DNA of 64,000 nucleotides from Macrostomum lignano. Its lineage: Eukaryota. The notes beneath the pieces are model-generated. The model worked only from the letters and a program-made list of their open reading frames with translations, had not been told where the DNA came from and did no database searches. This document shows positions 36,301 through 49,860 of this stretch, in pieces. The stretch is from contig NIVC01000143.1 of the NCBI GenBank assembly GCA_002269645.1, positions 372,001-436,000 of the forward strand. Reading direction: 5' to 3'. The translations under genes and the position numbers were made by a program. How positions within the stretch are numbered: position 1 is the stretch's first letter; each line of letters begins with the position of its first letter.

Positions 36301-36875
36301 AAATATACCTTATTATTTGCTTATGTAGGTTACGTAGAAAATATATAATTAGAAAATCGAACCATTATTAAGAATCATGTTTTGAAATAAATTTTCATTG
36401 AATTGTCACCTCTAAGTCGACCAAATTTAATGGGCAGTCGTTCTACTGAGTCAGATAAATAGGTCCTCTCCAAGGCTATTGAGCACAATGCATGGCCAGA
36501 GTCGGGTTTCTGCTCGCCAGCCAGTTCGTCCCACATCACGTGACCATTCAGAGCCGTCAGTTGATATTTCAAAGGAATTTCAGCTTCGCGTCTGAGCAAT
36601 CGAAGACCAGTTCTCTGCGATGGGTCCTGTTTGAGCGACCAGAAGAGCCCCATACTGTCAAGTCCAGTGTAAGTTCCTCCAACACTGCAGCTGGAGTCCA
36701 AGTTAAGCCTCCCTGCTTCATCAGTCATATAGTGACCAAATGCTGAGAATGAGCCATAGGTCTCCTTAATTTGTAGGTGCAGAGTCACTGGAGAGTTTGT
36801 GGGCAAACCAGAGACCTTGATGGAAATTCGCTCATCTACCAGTGATTGTAGCTTATTTACTGAGATAGTTGCCAT
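33373..36875 (-). CDS. ACOT: Acyl-CoA thioesterase (ACOT/BAAT family), paralog C, 3 exons, about 430 aa, predicted peroxisomal
   Basis: Exons 36875-36410, 35282-34789 and 33705-33373 (1293 nt, in frame; donor CAG|gtaagc, acceptor tggcag|GAG). GVSAG, DD and GH catalytic motifs; C-terminal ARL fits PTS1. Confidence 0.9.
33810..34757. repeat. About 21-bp minisatellite filling ACOT-C intron 2
   Basis: Tandem GGGGAGATGGGATTTTTAAAT variants. Confidence 0.95.
35285..36190. repeat. 18-bp minisatellite filling ACOT-C intron 1, partly with 36-bp alternation
   Basis: GGGATTTGAGTATGGGGT alternates with GGGATTTGAGTGTGGTGT; same family as the ACOT-A intron-1 repeat. Confidence 0.95.
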
Positions 36876-38833
36876 GGATACAATTTTGTCTGAAATTGTA
36901 AAGTAAGATGTTTGACATTTATATATAATGTTTAAGATTTGTGTTGCAAGTAAATTAGGACCAATATAGAAACAAAGAAACTGAGATCAGGCCTTTATAG
37001 TATATATATATATATATATATATCGTTTTTTATATAGTTAGTCAAAATAATTATAATGTCACAAGCCTAAATGAATTATGCTAACACTATTTGATCTTAA
37101 AATTATACTAAAACACAATGTAAATCATTAGCTGGCTATTTTAACTGCAGCTGATAGTTTTCAATAGTTAAATTATGCAAAAATTTTGCTAATCATTGCA
37201 TATTCTGTATAAATTTTTAGAACAATTTTTTACAAATTGCTATATTATTATGGCTCCATGGGTGCTGTATAATAATTTAACAACTGTGCTCTCAAAAAGC
37301 TTTCAAGACACAAAAAATAAGTTACATAAACCAGAAGAATTGAAGATTTCTTCTGAAAAACTGAGCAAACTGGTCGACTGGACTGAATAATTATAAAATT
37401 ATTAAATCTAAGAAAGAAAGATGGCTTTACTTTAGGATCTAATCAAAGCATTAGATCGCTTAAAGGAGAAGAAATTTTAGCGGAACTTTATAGCTAGAGT
37501 ATGATAATGTTTATGAACCGATCAGTGACAGCGATTAGTGGAATGGTGGTCACAACTAGTGTCTTTTGATTTTGATTGACTGCAGTACTTATTTTAAGCA
37601 AACTACAATCGTACAGCAAAAGACAAAGTCGCACTACGCGTCTTAATAGCTAACTGACGGAGTGATGAGCAAGCAGGAGGCTTTTCACCAGAATTGGCTT
37701 GAATCTTCTAAGAAAAAAACAGTATAACTACATAACATTGTTGAATGGTTGACTGCCTAACTGAACAGCATTACTGCATTTTTTCTTCTTGGCTATCGCT
37801 ACTCAAGAATTAAATGTTTATAGCACATATATCACTATAGTTTAGAAGACAAAAAGTTATAAGTTACAAATTGGATTCTAGTTGTAGAAACAGAATAAGC
37901 AATATTCTGGGGAAACCGAAACATCGCCCCAGAAAGGCCCCAGAATGCAGCCGGCCGGCGAGTGCGATTGATAGTGTCTTGGAATCCCTTGCATTTAAAA
38001 TTAGAAAATATTTTAGAGTTAGTCTTACAGTAGACAAGATAAATGCTGTAGTTAGTTATAAATAGCTTCTTATTAAATATGTTTAATTAGATATTTCAAA
38101 GCATACTTATTTGTAAAATAACAAACATAGTTTTGTTAAAGTTTAATAATACAACTTTTAATTTTTTGATTGCGCCACCCCAGTGGCTTTATACTTTATA
38201 CTATACTAATACCTATATACTTTTTTATTACCTACGGGTTAAACTTTTTTGCTTTAAATCACCAACTACATACATCAATTGCACACAATACTTGTCTTTT
38301 TTAATTCCTTACTTTTTCTTCGTTTGTCGTTAAAGCTCGTTCAAAGTTTCGTAAATAACATTTAGGCGCTCTTTTAAATAATTATAGTATTACAAATCTC
38401 CCGTACGATCGTACAAGATTAATGCATAAATATTGCCTTCTACTCTTGAATTTTGAAATATACTCTTGAAATATATTGGCCAAACAGGCTACTTGCCTGA
38501 GCCAAATACTTACTACTACGACAAGCTATACTAGCTAGGCTTATAGCTTGCAAATTTATATCAAAATTTATATTTAATATATGCTAACTAACCTATTATT
38601 ATTTAGCATATCTAAGAATATATTTATCTTTTTTTTAATCCTAATCTTTCCAGAAATCCAGCTTTTCCTTAGCCTTAGTCTTTTAGAATAGATACAATTT
38701 TTGACCTTAATATATTTTTCAATTTAGTTTCTTTTCTAGCTATAATAATCCTTATTTGAATCTTGTTTAGTTTAAATAATCCTTCTTAGAAGCTATTTTA
38801 TCCTCAAGCCTAGCCTTAATTTGTCTAACAATG

Positions 38834-39410
38834 CCAGTGTGCGGATCATGTACCCGTGTACGCCGGAAAAAATTCGGGCGTCTAGGACTTTGTACGCCAG
38901 TGTACGCCAAAAACAAAAAGTTGCGCTAAAATGTACACCAAAAATTCCTAAAAAAAGGTCATTTGGTTTTCACGAGTAGAGTTTTCTAAGAAAGGCTTTT
39001 GTATGACAAATGTTTTTAAAATATTACGAATATTTTCAATTTAAACAAACCTAAATTATACTTACAAAAAATATGATGCAAAATTAATACTCTTAGCAAA
39101 AAAAATACACTAATTTTATTTATTATTAATTTAAAAGAAGCTAAAAGTTTATCACTGACGATTTAATTTTCTTTTACTTTACACAAAAACGTTAATTTAC
39201 ATTACAATTTTCATGCATGGCATGAATTTATTCACCAAAATTTGTACGCCAAAAAAGTATGCGTGGCTGTGTTACTTGTGTACGCCAATAGTGTACGCCA
39301 ACAAAGTGCGCCAGGGGTTGTGTACGCCGATTGTGTACGCCAAGGACTTAGGGTGGCCGTTTTGTACGCCGGAAAAGTTCCGGCGTACATGCATACCATC
39401 CGCAACCTGG
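38834..39410. mobile_element. 577-bp non-autonomous hAT-like element
   Basis: Imperfect TIRs CCAGTGTGCGGAT / ATCCGCAACCTGG, GTGTACGCC subterminal repeats, exact 8-bp TSD TAACAATG. Confidence 0.88.
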
Positions 39411-39534
39411 TAACAATGTAGCTTTCCCTTGTCTTAATCATGGCCACCTAATCCTTTAAGGAATCTATCTTTTCTCTTATCCTAATCCTCTAAGAAATCC
39501 AGCCACTTCTCTATCTTAATCCTCTAGGAAATTT

Positions 39535-40203
39535 GGTTGACGGTCATTTCGTCTGCCACCTTTTCGTCTGCCGCCTTTTCGTCTGCCAATATACGATATA
39601 GTCGTTTCGTCTGCCAATATATATAATATATAAATCGGAATAACTAATTATGTCATCAAGCTTCGCATGGAAGTGTAATGTAAATGTCTTATTAATTCTA
39701 ATTTATTATAATGCTAGGATTTTTCTGCAAGTTCCGGAGCTAATATGTTGCATATATATAAATACACAAAGCCAGAAGCAAATATCTCCAAGTTCCAACC
39801 GTTTAGTTTCCTTCCAACTTTCTTTTTTTTCGTGTATGTAAACTCATATGCAATTTATTCACGAATACAAGTAGCTTAAATGCACAAAGTGTAAAATGTA
39901 AGGAGCAATCGAAATTGTAGGCACAGAAAATGTAAACTCATGCAATTTATTCACGAATACAAGTAGCTTAAATGCACAAAGTGTTAAAAAAGGTAAGTTA
40001 GGTTTTGTAGAAAATGAAGAAAAACAAAATGTATCAATATAAATAAGAAAACATACTTAAAACTTGCTTATACTAATTTATTTTAATTCCCTACATAAAA
40101 ATTACGAAATAAGTGAACCAAAATAAACATAAATAAAAAAGTCGTTTCGTCTGCTAAAATTCTTTGGCAGACGAAAAGGCGGCAGATGAAATGACCGCGG
40201 ACC
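39535..40203. mobile_element. 669-bp non-autonomous DNA transposon (GG-terminal TIRs; MULE- or Merlin-like)
   Basis: TIRs GGTTGACGGTCATTTCGTCTGCC / GGCAGATGAAATGACCGCGGACC, exact 8-bp TSD GGAAATTT, TTCGTCTGCC subrepeats. The superfamily is uncertain. Confidence 0.85.
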
Positions 40204-41449
40204 GGAAATTTAGCTGCTTTCTTATCCAAATCCTTTAGGGTATCTAGCCACTTCCTATTCCCAATCCTCTAGAGAATTCAGCCACTCTCCTTTCCCAATC
40301 CTCTGGGGAATCTAGCCTTTTCCTTCCCAATCCTTTGGGGAATCTAGCCCAAAGAGGTATAAAAAATTAAGTAAATAGATACATAAGTATAAATATGTAT
40401 AAATTTGAAAAAATGGATTATGTTTTAAAGTAGCCTATAGACTTAAATGTAAGATTTTCCTTTTCTTTTAAACTTAAATTATCTAAAATTTAGCATAGGC
40501 CTAAGTGGATCTGAAATATACTATGACAAAAATATATATTTAATTCACCATATGCCACGCAAATTTCTTTTAGGCATAGGGGGCCTATGCTCAACCATAG
40601 GCTTTTGAGCCGACAACTATGCTAGTCTGGTGAAAGTAATTCAAATTTCTGCAATGGTAAAGAACAAATACCAATACATTATATTAGTCATTACATCTAT
40701 TGAACTTGAAGGCTTTCTATCTCAAATATGTAATTGTATGTAATTGCATCAAAACATTTGCATAAAAAGAAACATTAGCTTAGGCCTACTTGAAGAACTC
40801 TAAGATTGTCATTCAAAATTCCTACAACTTTAGGAAAAGCACACATGCGAATATTGGAGCCGCTGCGACTCTTCATGATAAGAATAATATGATAATCAGC
40901 AAACATCCCATGTGCCTGCAAGTGATTAGGCAAATTTATTCATTTATGCATAGGCAGTACTACTACATAGTCTGTCAGTCTGGACAAGTACAAAATTTAG
41001 AATTAAACTTTGGTGCATAGTATGCAATTCAATATAGTTACTAGATCTTCCAATTCATGTACCGAGAGACCTGGCAAAATTTTTTCTCTCGTAGCATGTT
41101 TGTACATAAGCTTTTTATTCTGCAGTTAAACTTTAAATTTATTGCTCAAAAGGCCATGCAATCCTTGGAAAAGTTATCTGAAAAATTATCTGAAATCCTT
41201 GTACATCAATACTCCATTTAAAACAAAAAAGTAAAACTTACAAAAATAAATAAACATTGAAGTTTAAAGCAAAAAAGCCAAACAAAATCCTACTTGTTCC
41301 TATAGTTTTCAAAAATAGGGACTAGGCATTGTCTTTCTTGGGCGCAAATGCCAAGTTCAACAATTCTTTTTCATGCTTAAAATAGCTAAAAATTGAATTA
41401 AATACAAATAAACAATTACAATCATTATAAAACATGATTTCCTTAAATG

Positions 41450-42010
41450 AATAAAAAGGAAAGTGGAAATATAGAAGGATAGAGATAAGGAATAAAATTG
41501 CTAGACATTTGATTCTCCTAAAGGATTACAATAGGAGAGTGGCTAGATTCCCTAGAGGATTTGGATAAAAAAGCAAAATTCCCTGAAAGATTGGAAAGGG
41601 GAAGTGACTGGATTCCCCAGAGGATTTGGAAAAGAAAGCAGCTAAATTCCCCAGAGGATTTGGAAAAGTGGAGTGGCTAGATTCCCTAGAGGATTCAGAA
41701 AGGGGAGGGGCTGGATTCCCCAGAGAAATTCTTAAGAGGGGTGGCTAGATTCTCTAAAGGATTGGGAAAGGGAAGTGGCCAAATTTTCCAGAGAATTAGG
41801 AAAAGGGAGTGGCTGGATTCCCTAGAGGAATTAGATAAGAAGGTAGCTAGATTGCATAAAGGATTAGAAAAGAGAAATGCAGTGGCTGAATTCTCCAGAG
41901 GATTAGGAATAGATAGTGGCTAGATTCCCAAGAGGATTAGGAAAGAAGAATGGCTAGATTTTTCAAAGGATTGGGAAAGGGAAGTGGCTAGATTTCCCAA
42001 AGATTTCCAA
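41450..42010 (-). repeat. Reverse-complement copy of the ~33-bp array
   Basis: GGAGTGGCTAGATTCCCTAGAGGATTGGAAAA-like units. Confidence 0.75.
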
Positions 42011-43239
42011 TAGGCCAATATGCAACAGGCCTAGCTGATAGCCTAGGCTGCAGTCTCGGCTTATGGCTATGCAATACTAGCCTATGGAATGGATACTGTT
42101 GCTCTAGATAGATGCTAGATAGGCCATTTAAGGTCACCATTCAGGCAAGCTTTTAACCAAAACCTTCTAGGCCTAGGGGAATTTAAGATATGCTCTTAAT
42201 CAAGAGATATACTCCTAAATATTCTAGTATTTTTAGATAGAGGCAAAAGTGCCGCATGGACATGACACATTTAGTTGCTTTGATAAAATTCATTCATTCA
42301 ATAAAGTGGCCATAGGTTTATGCTAGGTATTTATTTATAATAGTAGCTTGCCTTAAAACTTTGATATGATTTATATGAATGAATATTCAAGGATAAGCTT
42401 TATAAGTTTATTTGATCTTTAATATTTTCTTGAAACCAGAAACAACTGAAGTGATCTAAGAGCTGACCTAATACATTCATAAACTAAGCCAATATAATTA
42501 TATGCATGCCAATAGGCAATGAGAACTCATGAAATTAAAGGAAATTAAACATGTATAAAAGGGATATTGGAGCAGAGACATCAGCTAGGCCTTTGCCATC
42601 AAAAAATATATTAAGTTTTATTTTCCAGTGAATATTAATTTCTTCTATATTATTAAATATAGTAGGCCCTAGGGCTTACCTTAAGACTCCTATCCCTAGC
42701 TCAAACATGGATCACAAGAAGCGGGATGTCCTTGGGATATACTTATAGGTAGTCTCAGTACATTAATGACCCATTTTTTAACAAAATTGTCTGCTTGAAT
42801 TAATATTTTTTATGGATACTGCCACTGGTTAGAATATAGTTTACTTTAAAAAACATTAGTCATTAAATATTAGTCATTAGTCATTAGTCATTAGTTTTAA
42901 AAAAGTATATGTTATTGAGACTGAAAGGTGCTCTTTAAGTTTAGCTTATATACCCTTGAGAACTTTTAAACCTGATTGCACTTGTCATTTTCCAAGGTCC
43001 GGATTGTCTAGTAGTATATGCCAGAACAAGAATCCTATCTTTCTTAGCTAAATGTATACTAGTATATGCCAAAAACAAAAAATCACTAAAATGTTATGCC
43101 AAAAATTTCTAAAAAAGGTCATTGGCTTTTTACAAGTAGAGTTTTTTAAGAAAGGCTATTATATGAACAGTCCTTTTAAAAATATTATAAATATTTTCAT
43201 TTTAAACAAACTTAAATCTCTACATATAAAAATCAAAAC

Positions 43240-44330
43240 TCTGTGTGTGTGTGTCTGTGTGTGGACAATTTTGATCGCTATGGACTCCCAAACGCTCAAC
43301 CAAATTACACCAAATTTTACACCCACCCTAAACTCACTACGGAGAATGTCTTAGGCTACCTTTAAATTTCCTAAATTTGAGTCTTCCTACCTAAAAGTGC
43401 AAAAAACTGCTCAAAATGCGCGATTTTTTTACTAAAGCCTCCTTAGCGCCGCTCCACTTCTACCGATCCTCTTCAAATTTGACACAATCAATTTTCAACT
43501 ATTTTGACACAATCGTGTAAAATTTCGAGTCTCAAAGTTAATCCTGAACGGCGCTGTGCACTTTTAAAGTTTGGCTGTTTTTTTCAGCGAGACAGCCACC
43601 CCAACCTCCGCCCGCCTGCCTCTTTCCCGATCTGGGCAAAGGGTGTAAATGGGTTTTAAAATGACTAACTTTCGGCTGCCATAAGTTTGCTCCACATGAA
43701 GCGATTGACTTCTAACTTAACATAATTCTTCTTTGATTCATTCTCTGTCTAAATGTAAAGTTTCAACTCTCTAACTCAATCAGAACAGAAACTGTAAGCA
43801 TGTGAAGTTTGTCTGCTTTTTCTGTTGTTTGTGCCACTCACTCACTCATTCCCCCAGAGCCAGACGAAGGGTCAGGCGATAGGGCTCAATGTACATAGCG
43901 AGTGTACAGTGTTTTGGAATAACTTTTTAATAGCCTTCTCTGCACCCCGAGAGTGGAGAGGCTACGTTTAGCCATAACAGTTTAGTGAGAAATTCTAACC
44001 ACTGCCCTCCCCTCTGTATTGGCAAACTCTGCAGCAGTTTAACAGTGGATGGCAATTGGCAAATCGAGGCAATCCAGCATGGTTTGTAAAAGCGAAATAT
44101 TTATGAAAAGGCGATGCGATGCAATGCAATACAACCCTGCTAAATTAGGCACACCATGGAAATTTTAGGTTTCTTTTAAAGGTACTGTGTAAATTTTAAA
44201 TGGCCTCCTAAGAAATGCGTATTTCCTTGGTTGTTAGACTGATGCAGACTGCAGTGGAGCTGAAGATACACAAATTCCTTTCAGGACTGCAAATTGGCAA
44301 GAAAGATGACGTGATCAAAGCATGAGAATA
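43240..44330. mobile_element. Possible non-autonomous Helitron/Helentron-like element
   Basis: Starts with a (GT)n run followed by recurring CCGAT...AAATTT / AAAGTTTCAA motifs like those of DINE/HINE-type elements. The ends are not resolved. Confidence 0.35.
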
Positions 44331-44369
44331 ACGATAAGAGTAGTACGTCCCACAAACTGGCTTTCGAAG

Positions 44370-45235
44370 CAGGGATCGGCAGACTTTTACTTCAAAAGCC
44401 AGATAAAGAATCCAGCTTATGTGCGGGCCACGGGCCAGATGAGAGTAGAAAGGAGAAGGAATAGACTATTAGAAGAGAGGAGAGGCGAGACGGGGATAAG
44501 AGAAAACATGGAAGATAAGAGGAGAGACAAGTGGTGAGGAGAAAGCAGAGAAGAAGGGAGGAAGAAGCGAGAGGAGGGGAGAAAGGAGGGAGAGGAAAGA
44601 GTAAAGGTGAGAAGAGGGGAGAGATGAGACAGAGGATCGATGAGAGGAGAGTAAAGAAAAGTGAGAAGAGAGTAGAGATGAGAGAGCAGAAAGAAGATGA
44701 CAGAGGGTCAAGAGGAGAGGAGAGAGTAGAAAGGATAGAGAAAAGAGGAGATAAGAGGGGAGAGAGGAGTGAGAAGAGAAGAGATAGAGATAAGAGAGGG
44801 TGTAAGAAGAGGGGAGAAAGGAGAGATGAGATTGTAGAGATGAGACAAATGAAAGGAGAGATGAGAGAGTAAAGATGAGAGATGAAAAAGGTGAGAGGAG
44901 AGTGCAGAGAGACGAGAGAAGATAATAGAGGAGAGAGAGTATAGAAGAGGGAAGAGAAAAGAAGAGAGGAGTAAGGAAAGAGAGGAGTCAGAAGAGGTGA
45001 AAGAGAAGAGTACAGCGGAGATAAGTGAGAGAACGTATTAGAGAGTAAAGATGACAGATGAGAGAGCAGAGATGAGGGTGAACAGACGAGAGATGGGAGA
45101 GTAGAGAGAACAGAAGAGAGATAAGAGAGAAGAGATTACAGAGACTAGAGGAGAGAGGAGAGACGGAGAGAGAAGAGGAAATAGGAGAATGAAGATGGGA
45201 GAGAGTAGAGAGGAGAAGAGAGATGGGAGAGGAGA

Positions 45236-45323
<88 letters not shown>

Positions 45324-45940
45324 TGCGCAGAGCAGAGAGAAACGAGAAGAGATAAGAGAGAAAAGATAAAAGAGAAAGGAGAGATAAAAACGCAGACAAG
45401 AGAGAAGAGAGGTGAGGGAAGAGACGAGTGACGAGGGGAGAGAGAAGAGATAAAACAAGAAAAGAGATGAGAGGAAAGAGAGAGAGGAAAGAGGTGAGAG
45501 AAGAGACGAGAGAAGAGGGGAGAGAGGAGAGAGAGAGGAAAGAGGAGAGGAGAGAGTTAAGAGAAGAAAGAAAGAAAGAGAGGAGAAGGAAGAGACGAGA
45601 GAAGAGGAGAGAGAGGAGAAGAAGAGAAAACGAAAAAAGTAGAGAGGAGAGAGGAGAGGAGAGAGAAAAGAAAAGGGAAGAGATGAGATAAGTGATATGA
45701 AAGAGAAGAGAGATGAGGGAAGATACGAAGAGAAGATAGGAGAGAGGAGAGAGAGAGAAAACGAAAGAGTAGAGAGGAGAGAGGAGAGGAGAGAGAAAAC
45801 GAAAAGTAGAGGAGGAGACAGGAGAGAGGAGAGAGAGAAAAGAGACAAAAAGAGAAGAGAGATGAGGGAAGATATGAGAAAGAGAGGAGAGAAGAGAAGG
45901 AGAGACAAGGGACGAGAGAGAAGAGAGGAAACAGAACCTT
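44370..45940 (-). mobile_element. Charlie-like hAT MITE end with about 1.5 kb GA-rich expansion
   Basis: CAGGGATCGGCAGACTTTTACTTCAAAAGCCAGATAAAGAATC matches the reverse complement of the 21580-21628 terminus; a (GA)n core at about 45240-45320. Confidence 0.65.
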
Positions 45941-46969
45941 TGTCCTACCTCTATCCTACTAACTATTAACAAGTTTTTGTTTGTGTATGACCTTAGATTT
46001 CAGAATACATGCAAAAGTAGTTCCGGGGATTGGAATTCCCCGGTTCAAAATCCGGGGTTTTCAACAGCTTGTTATACCTATAAAAATAAATGAAAAATTC
46101 ATTTTTTTAACAATAGGGCCTACTTTTTACTAAAATTATTTATTGTTGAATTTACAGAAGCGAAAAAGGTTATCACTGACTTTATAGACTATACAAATTT
46201 ACTTTTATTTAATGTAAAAATGTTAATTTACATTACAGTTGAATAATTTTCATGCATGGCATAACTTCATTCACCAAAATTTGTACACAAATGGACAAAT
46301 TTTTATGACAAAATTTGAATGCCAACTTTAAAAGGGGTCATTTGTATCTCAAAATTTTCTGGTATACATGTACCTTTCCCAGGTCATTTTGCATTTAGTT
46401 CAATTCCCAAATAATTATAACTATCCTGCAGCCTGATGTTAGGTAGTTCTATGTTATAGATTTTAAATTTGATATTCCTATTGTTAAGCTATCTATCTTA
46501 TCCAAAACTATAAAAATTGTTCTACTCTTCAAGATATCTTTAGCCTAGTTGTTTCAAAGGTTTTTTCAAGAGTACTAAGATCATACAGGCACAACCTCCA
46601 AAATTCGGTCGGCCATGCGACTTAGTTTTAATTCTTTCTTAGGAACTGCACTTGAGCAAGTTGTTCTCTTCTCAACTTAGATCGCATCTATTTATACTAA
46701 TTGTATAAGTGAGTTAAAACAAAAATTTAATTTGTCAAATATATTATGGTAAATATATGCATTATAACAAAATGTGTTTCTTAGTTTTAGCACAAATTTA
46801 AATGCAATGTACATTTATTAAATTATAAAAGAACCAAGGGGCCTGCAAATATAAAGAAATAAATATATAAGACTTTTTGAAAAAATATAGATCAAGTGAC
46901 ATTAAAATATTCATTTTGTTCAATGTCTGACTTGATTCTAATTGCAATTTGCTTTACTTTTTCAGATTA

Positions 46970-49860
46970 ATTGTCAGATTAATCTAAGGTGCCAATCTTT
47001 TAAGGCAAATAGCTTAATTGTTTCGTCAATGTCAATATTGAGAGTTTTGTAGATTGACATTAATGCCAATCTAGTTAGAAGCTCCTTGCCTGTCATTGCC
47101 TTGAGGTATTCTTTAAATACTTTATCATCAAAAAGGACCGTCAGCTGTTGCCGTTGAAACTGGCATGTAGCAAAAGATTTTAAGGGCTCTGTAGATATTA
47201 GGATAGAAGGCTGGCTTGTAGCTGTCCAATGCATCAATAATGCTGTGTGGACAATCGGCAATGTTCTTGTTTATCTAGAATTGCTGCCACACCGCAAATT
47301 CATGGTGCAAGTCTTCGAGTGAGATGGCCGGCAATAATTGGGAGCTTTGATACCGCTCGAGGGTAGGAGAGAGGTTGGCAAATTTAATGGCCTCAAGCGT
47401 TGCATACAAAAAATGGGAGCAAGTTGCTAAGCTGAGCTATAGCTCCATTTGATGATTAAACGATCATCAAGTGTCCAAATGAGGCTGGAAGGGACAAAAA
47501 ATTGTTGTGTTGAAATTCTCAGCTATGATATGCTGAATTTGTGCTAATTGGTCCCTCTGATGGCATGCACGGGGAAGCTAATAGACCTCTAGTGATCCGT
47601 GCAGGTCGGTAGCCTCGGAGCAGATAACTGCGGCACTGGCTGCTCGGCCAGTGACTCGGAACTTTTGTCATCTGCAATCCAAGCCCGTAGTGTTTTTTTT
47701 TAGACACTCAATCTGAAGTGGGCGGGTATACTTGTATCAAAAATATTACATAATATAAGTTAGATATGGTATATGGTATCCTCAAAATTGACAGAACAAA
47801 TCACATATTGCTCACATTGCTCACAATTCCTCACACATACGAGAACTAAAGAAGCAAAATTAATTATTGAATTACCTAGATCCAACAGTCGCTCAATTGC
47901 AATCAAACTTTGCTGCAAACTGCTAGCAACTGGATAAGTAGCACTAAATGCGTGTTTACATGATCATGCACACTACAAACTCAGAATAAGAAATTGCAGC
48001 TAGGAATGCAAGCACTTTGGCACGCGTCTCTGCATCATTTTCTGCGTCAGTTCCTGCAACACGATAGATGTTGCAACGTATAATTCAGCAAATCGCTGGC
48101 CAGCATCCAGGCGCTCCATCTATCTGGTGTCAATCATCTTTTTATAATGTATTGAAATGTTAAAATTTCAACTTTTGCAAAAATTGCGAAAAAAGAATAA
48201 CATTGAAAAATACACATGTACTTTTAATACTTATAAGCAAAGTCTGCTTACAAGATGCAGACAAAACTTCATTCACTATGCGCTTATAGTGCTTGTTGCA
48301 CTTCAAAGTCGCTTTGAAAAAGCTTGCAATTGATCCTATCAGGGACAATGCATCCTGCATAGAGGTGCTAGCCTTGGCAACATGGTTAATAGCCAAGTTA
48401 AGGCCATGTGATATGCAGGGAAAGTAGTCAGCAACAGCAAACTGCTGGCCATGCTGCGTTCGAATTAGAGCCTGCACCCCCCAATTTACTCCCAATATGT
48501 TGGGCTCCATTGTAGGCCTAAGCAACAGCAATTGACTTTATACTTACATTATGCAGGAAAGTAACAATGCTTTCTGCGATTGCACTCCATGTCGTTTGGC
48601 TTAAGTCAACAAAGCCAAGGAAGCATTCTCTTAGCTGATGCTTTTGGTTAAGTTAAGCATGCACAAAACGAACTAAAATGGACAACTGCTAAAGACAAAA
48701 GATGTCCATGCTTTTGTCAGCCATAATAGTTACTGCACCTGCTTTATTTGCATTGTTCACAATTGCATGTTGGATCTGCTGACCAATACACAAAATGAGC
48801 TCATTTTGAACTCCTGGACTCACGTAAGTTGCGCTGTGGTGCTATGGCTTGCAAAGATGTTTGGCCAGATTTTTGTTGCCAGAAGCAGCCTTGAATTGAA
48901 GCAGAGCTCAGAAATTACCTTCCATACAGTCAATAGCTACATCAGATAATGGGCACTGTAGAGGCTTTTCTTCTCGGTGTCCCCGAAAAGCAATTCTGAG
49001 TCTGCTATAGAGCAGGATGGTTGATATTACTAGCCAAAGACGGAGTCTATTCTAAGTAATTTCGGCAGCAAGAGCCTTATTTTGACGCTCCTGAACATTA
49101 GGCTGCTTTAAGCTTAAAATAGAGACAAAGTTAGCCACCTTTTCTTCGCAAAACTGGTGATGCTGAGTCTTTGTATGTGCTCCAATCCCTTTTCCAGCTT
49201 CCAGCAAATGTTTGTAGTCTCTAAATGGCCAAAAAACAAAGGCTGCGTTGCGTGCAAATGACCCTGGGCCATCTTGCTGCTCATTAGGATATACATCCCA
49301 AATAAAAATGCTATAGCATTGACAAATGAGGCCATCAAGCTTTTCAGAAAATGCCATCATGCGCATTTCTGGCCGTTGCATTTGTACTTTGGTTAGCTTG
49401 AAGACATTTTGGTGGCCTGTCTATTTCTCTTGTGATGCATAGACGGCTCTGTTCGGCTTGTAATACTCCTGGAGAAAGTGCAACTTATCTTTGTCTAACA
49501 TTTTGTGGTGGTCTCCAGCTAGACAAGTCTCAACAGCGAATCCAATATCATTTGGATGAAATACCAACTGCTGCTCCTCACTATGTTCTGCTGATTCCTG
49601 ACCCTCTCGGTCTGGCTGTTGTATGCTTTGCTCTAGCTGCTGCTTGTCTTGCTCTGGCTACTGCTTGTCTTGCTCTGACTGCTGCTCGCGATTGTCTTGC
49701 TCTGGCTGTCAACTATTTGTATCTTGCTATTGTCTCAGTCGTTCAAACTGTTCATCGTGTGGCTGAAAATTTGTGTGGACGAATCCCAATAGAAATGTCT
49801 CGAAGTCAAAGTTACTCCCTCTGCCAGGGTCCTCAATCCTGGGGGAGGGTAGTTTAGCCG
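46970..49860 (-). pseudogene. Decayed hAT transposase (ZMYM1/DUF4371-like)
   Basis: Minus-strand fragments: QNELILCIG...TIMADKSMDI..*QLSILVRFV (first catalytic Asp region), CISHGLNL (C-x2-H motif) and LTRLALMSIYKTLNIDIDETIKLFA (hAT dimerisation tail), with many stops and frameshifts. Confidence 0.85.

Larger units (their letters stand above)
38630..40350 (+). repeat. Degenerate ~33-bp tandem array interrupted by two transposons
   Basis: CTTCCCAATCCTCTAGGGAATCTAGCCA-like units at about 38630-38820, 39420-39530 and 40205-40350. Confidence 0.7.
42990..46385. mobile_element. Older copy of the 38834-39410 family split by nested insertions
   Basis: About 42990-43230 matches the left half and about 46130-46385 the right half of 38834-39410; other elements lie in between. 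Confidence 0.6.

Noticed and set aside
44469-45972. Leu/Ser/Phe-rich and Glu/Arg-rich ORFs (also 21351-21578, 22185-22731, 32599-33174)
   Set aside because: Translations of GA/CT low-complexity tracts inside MITEs.
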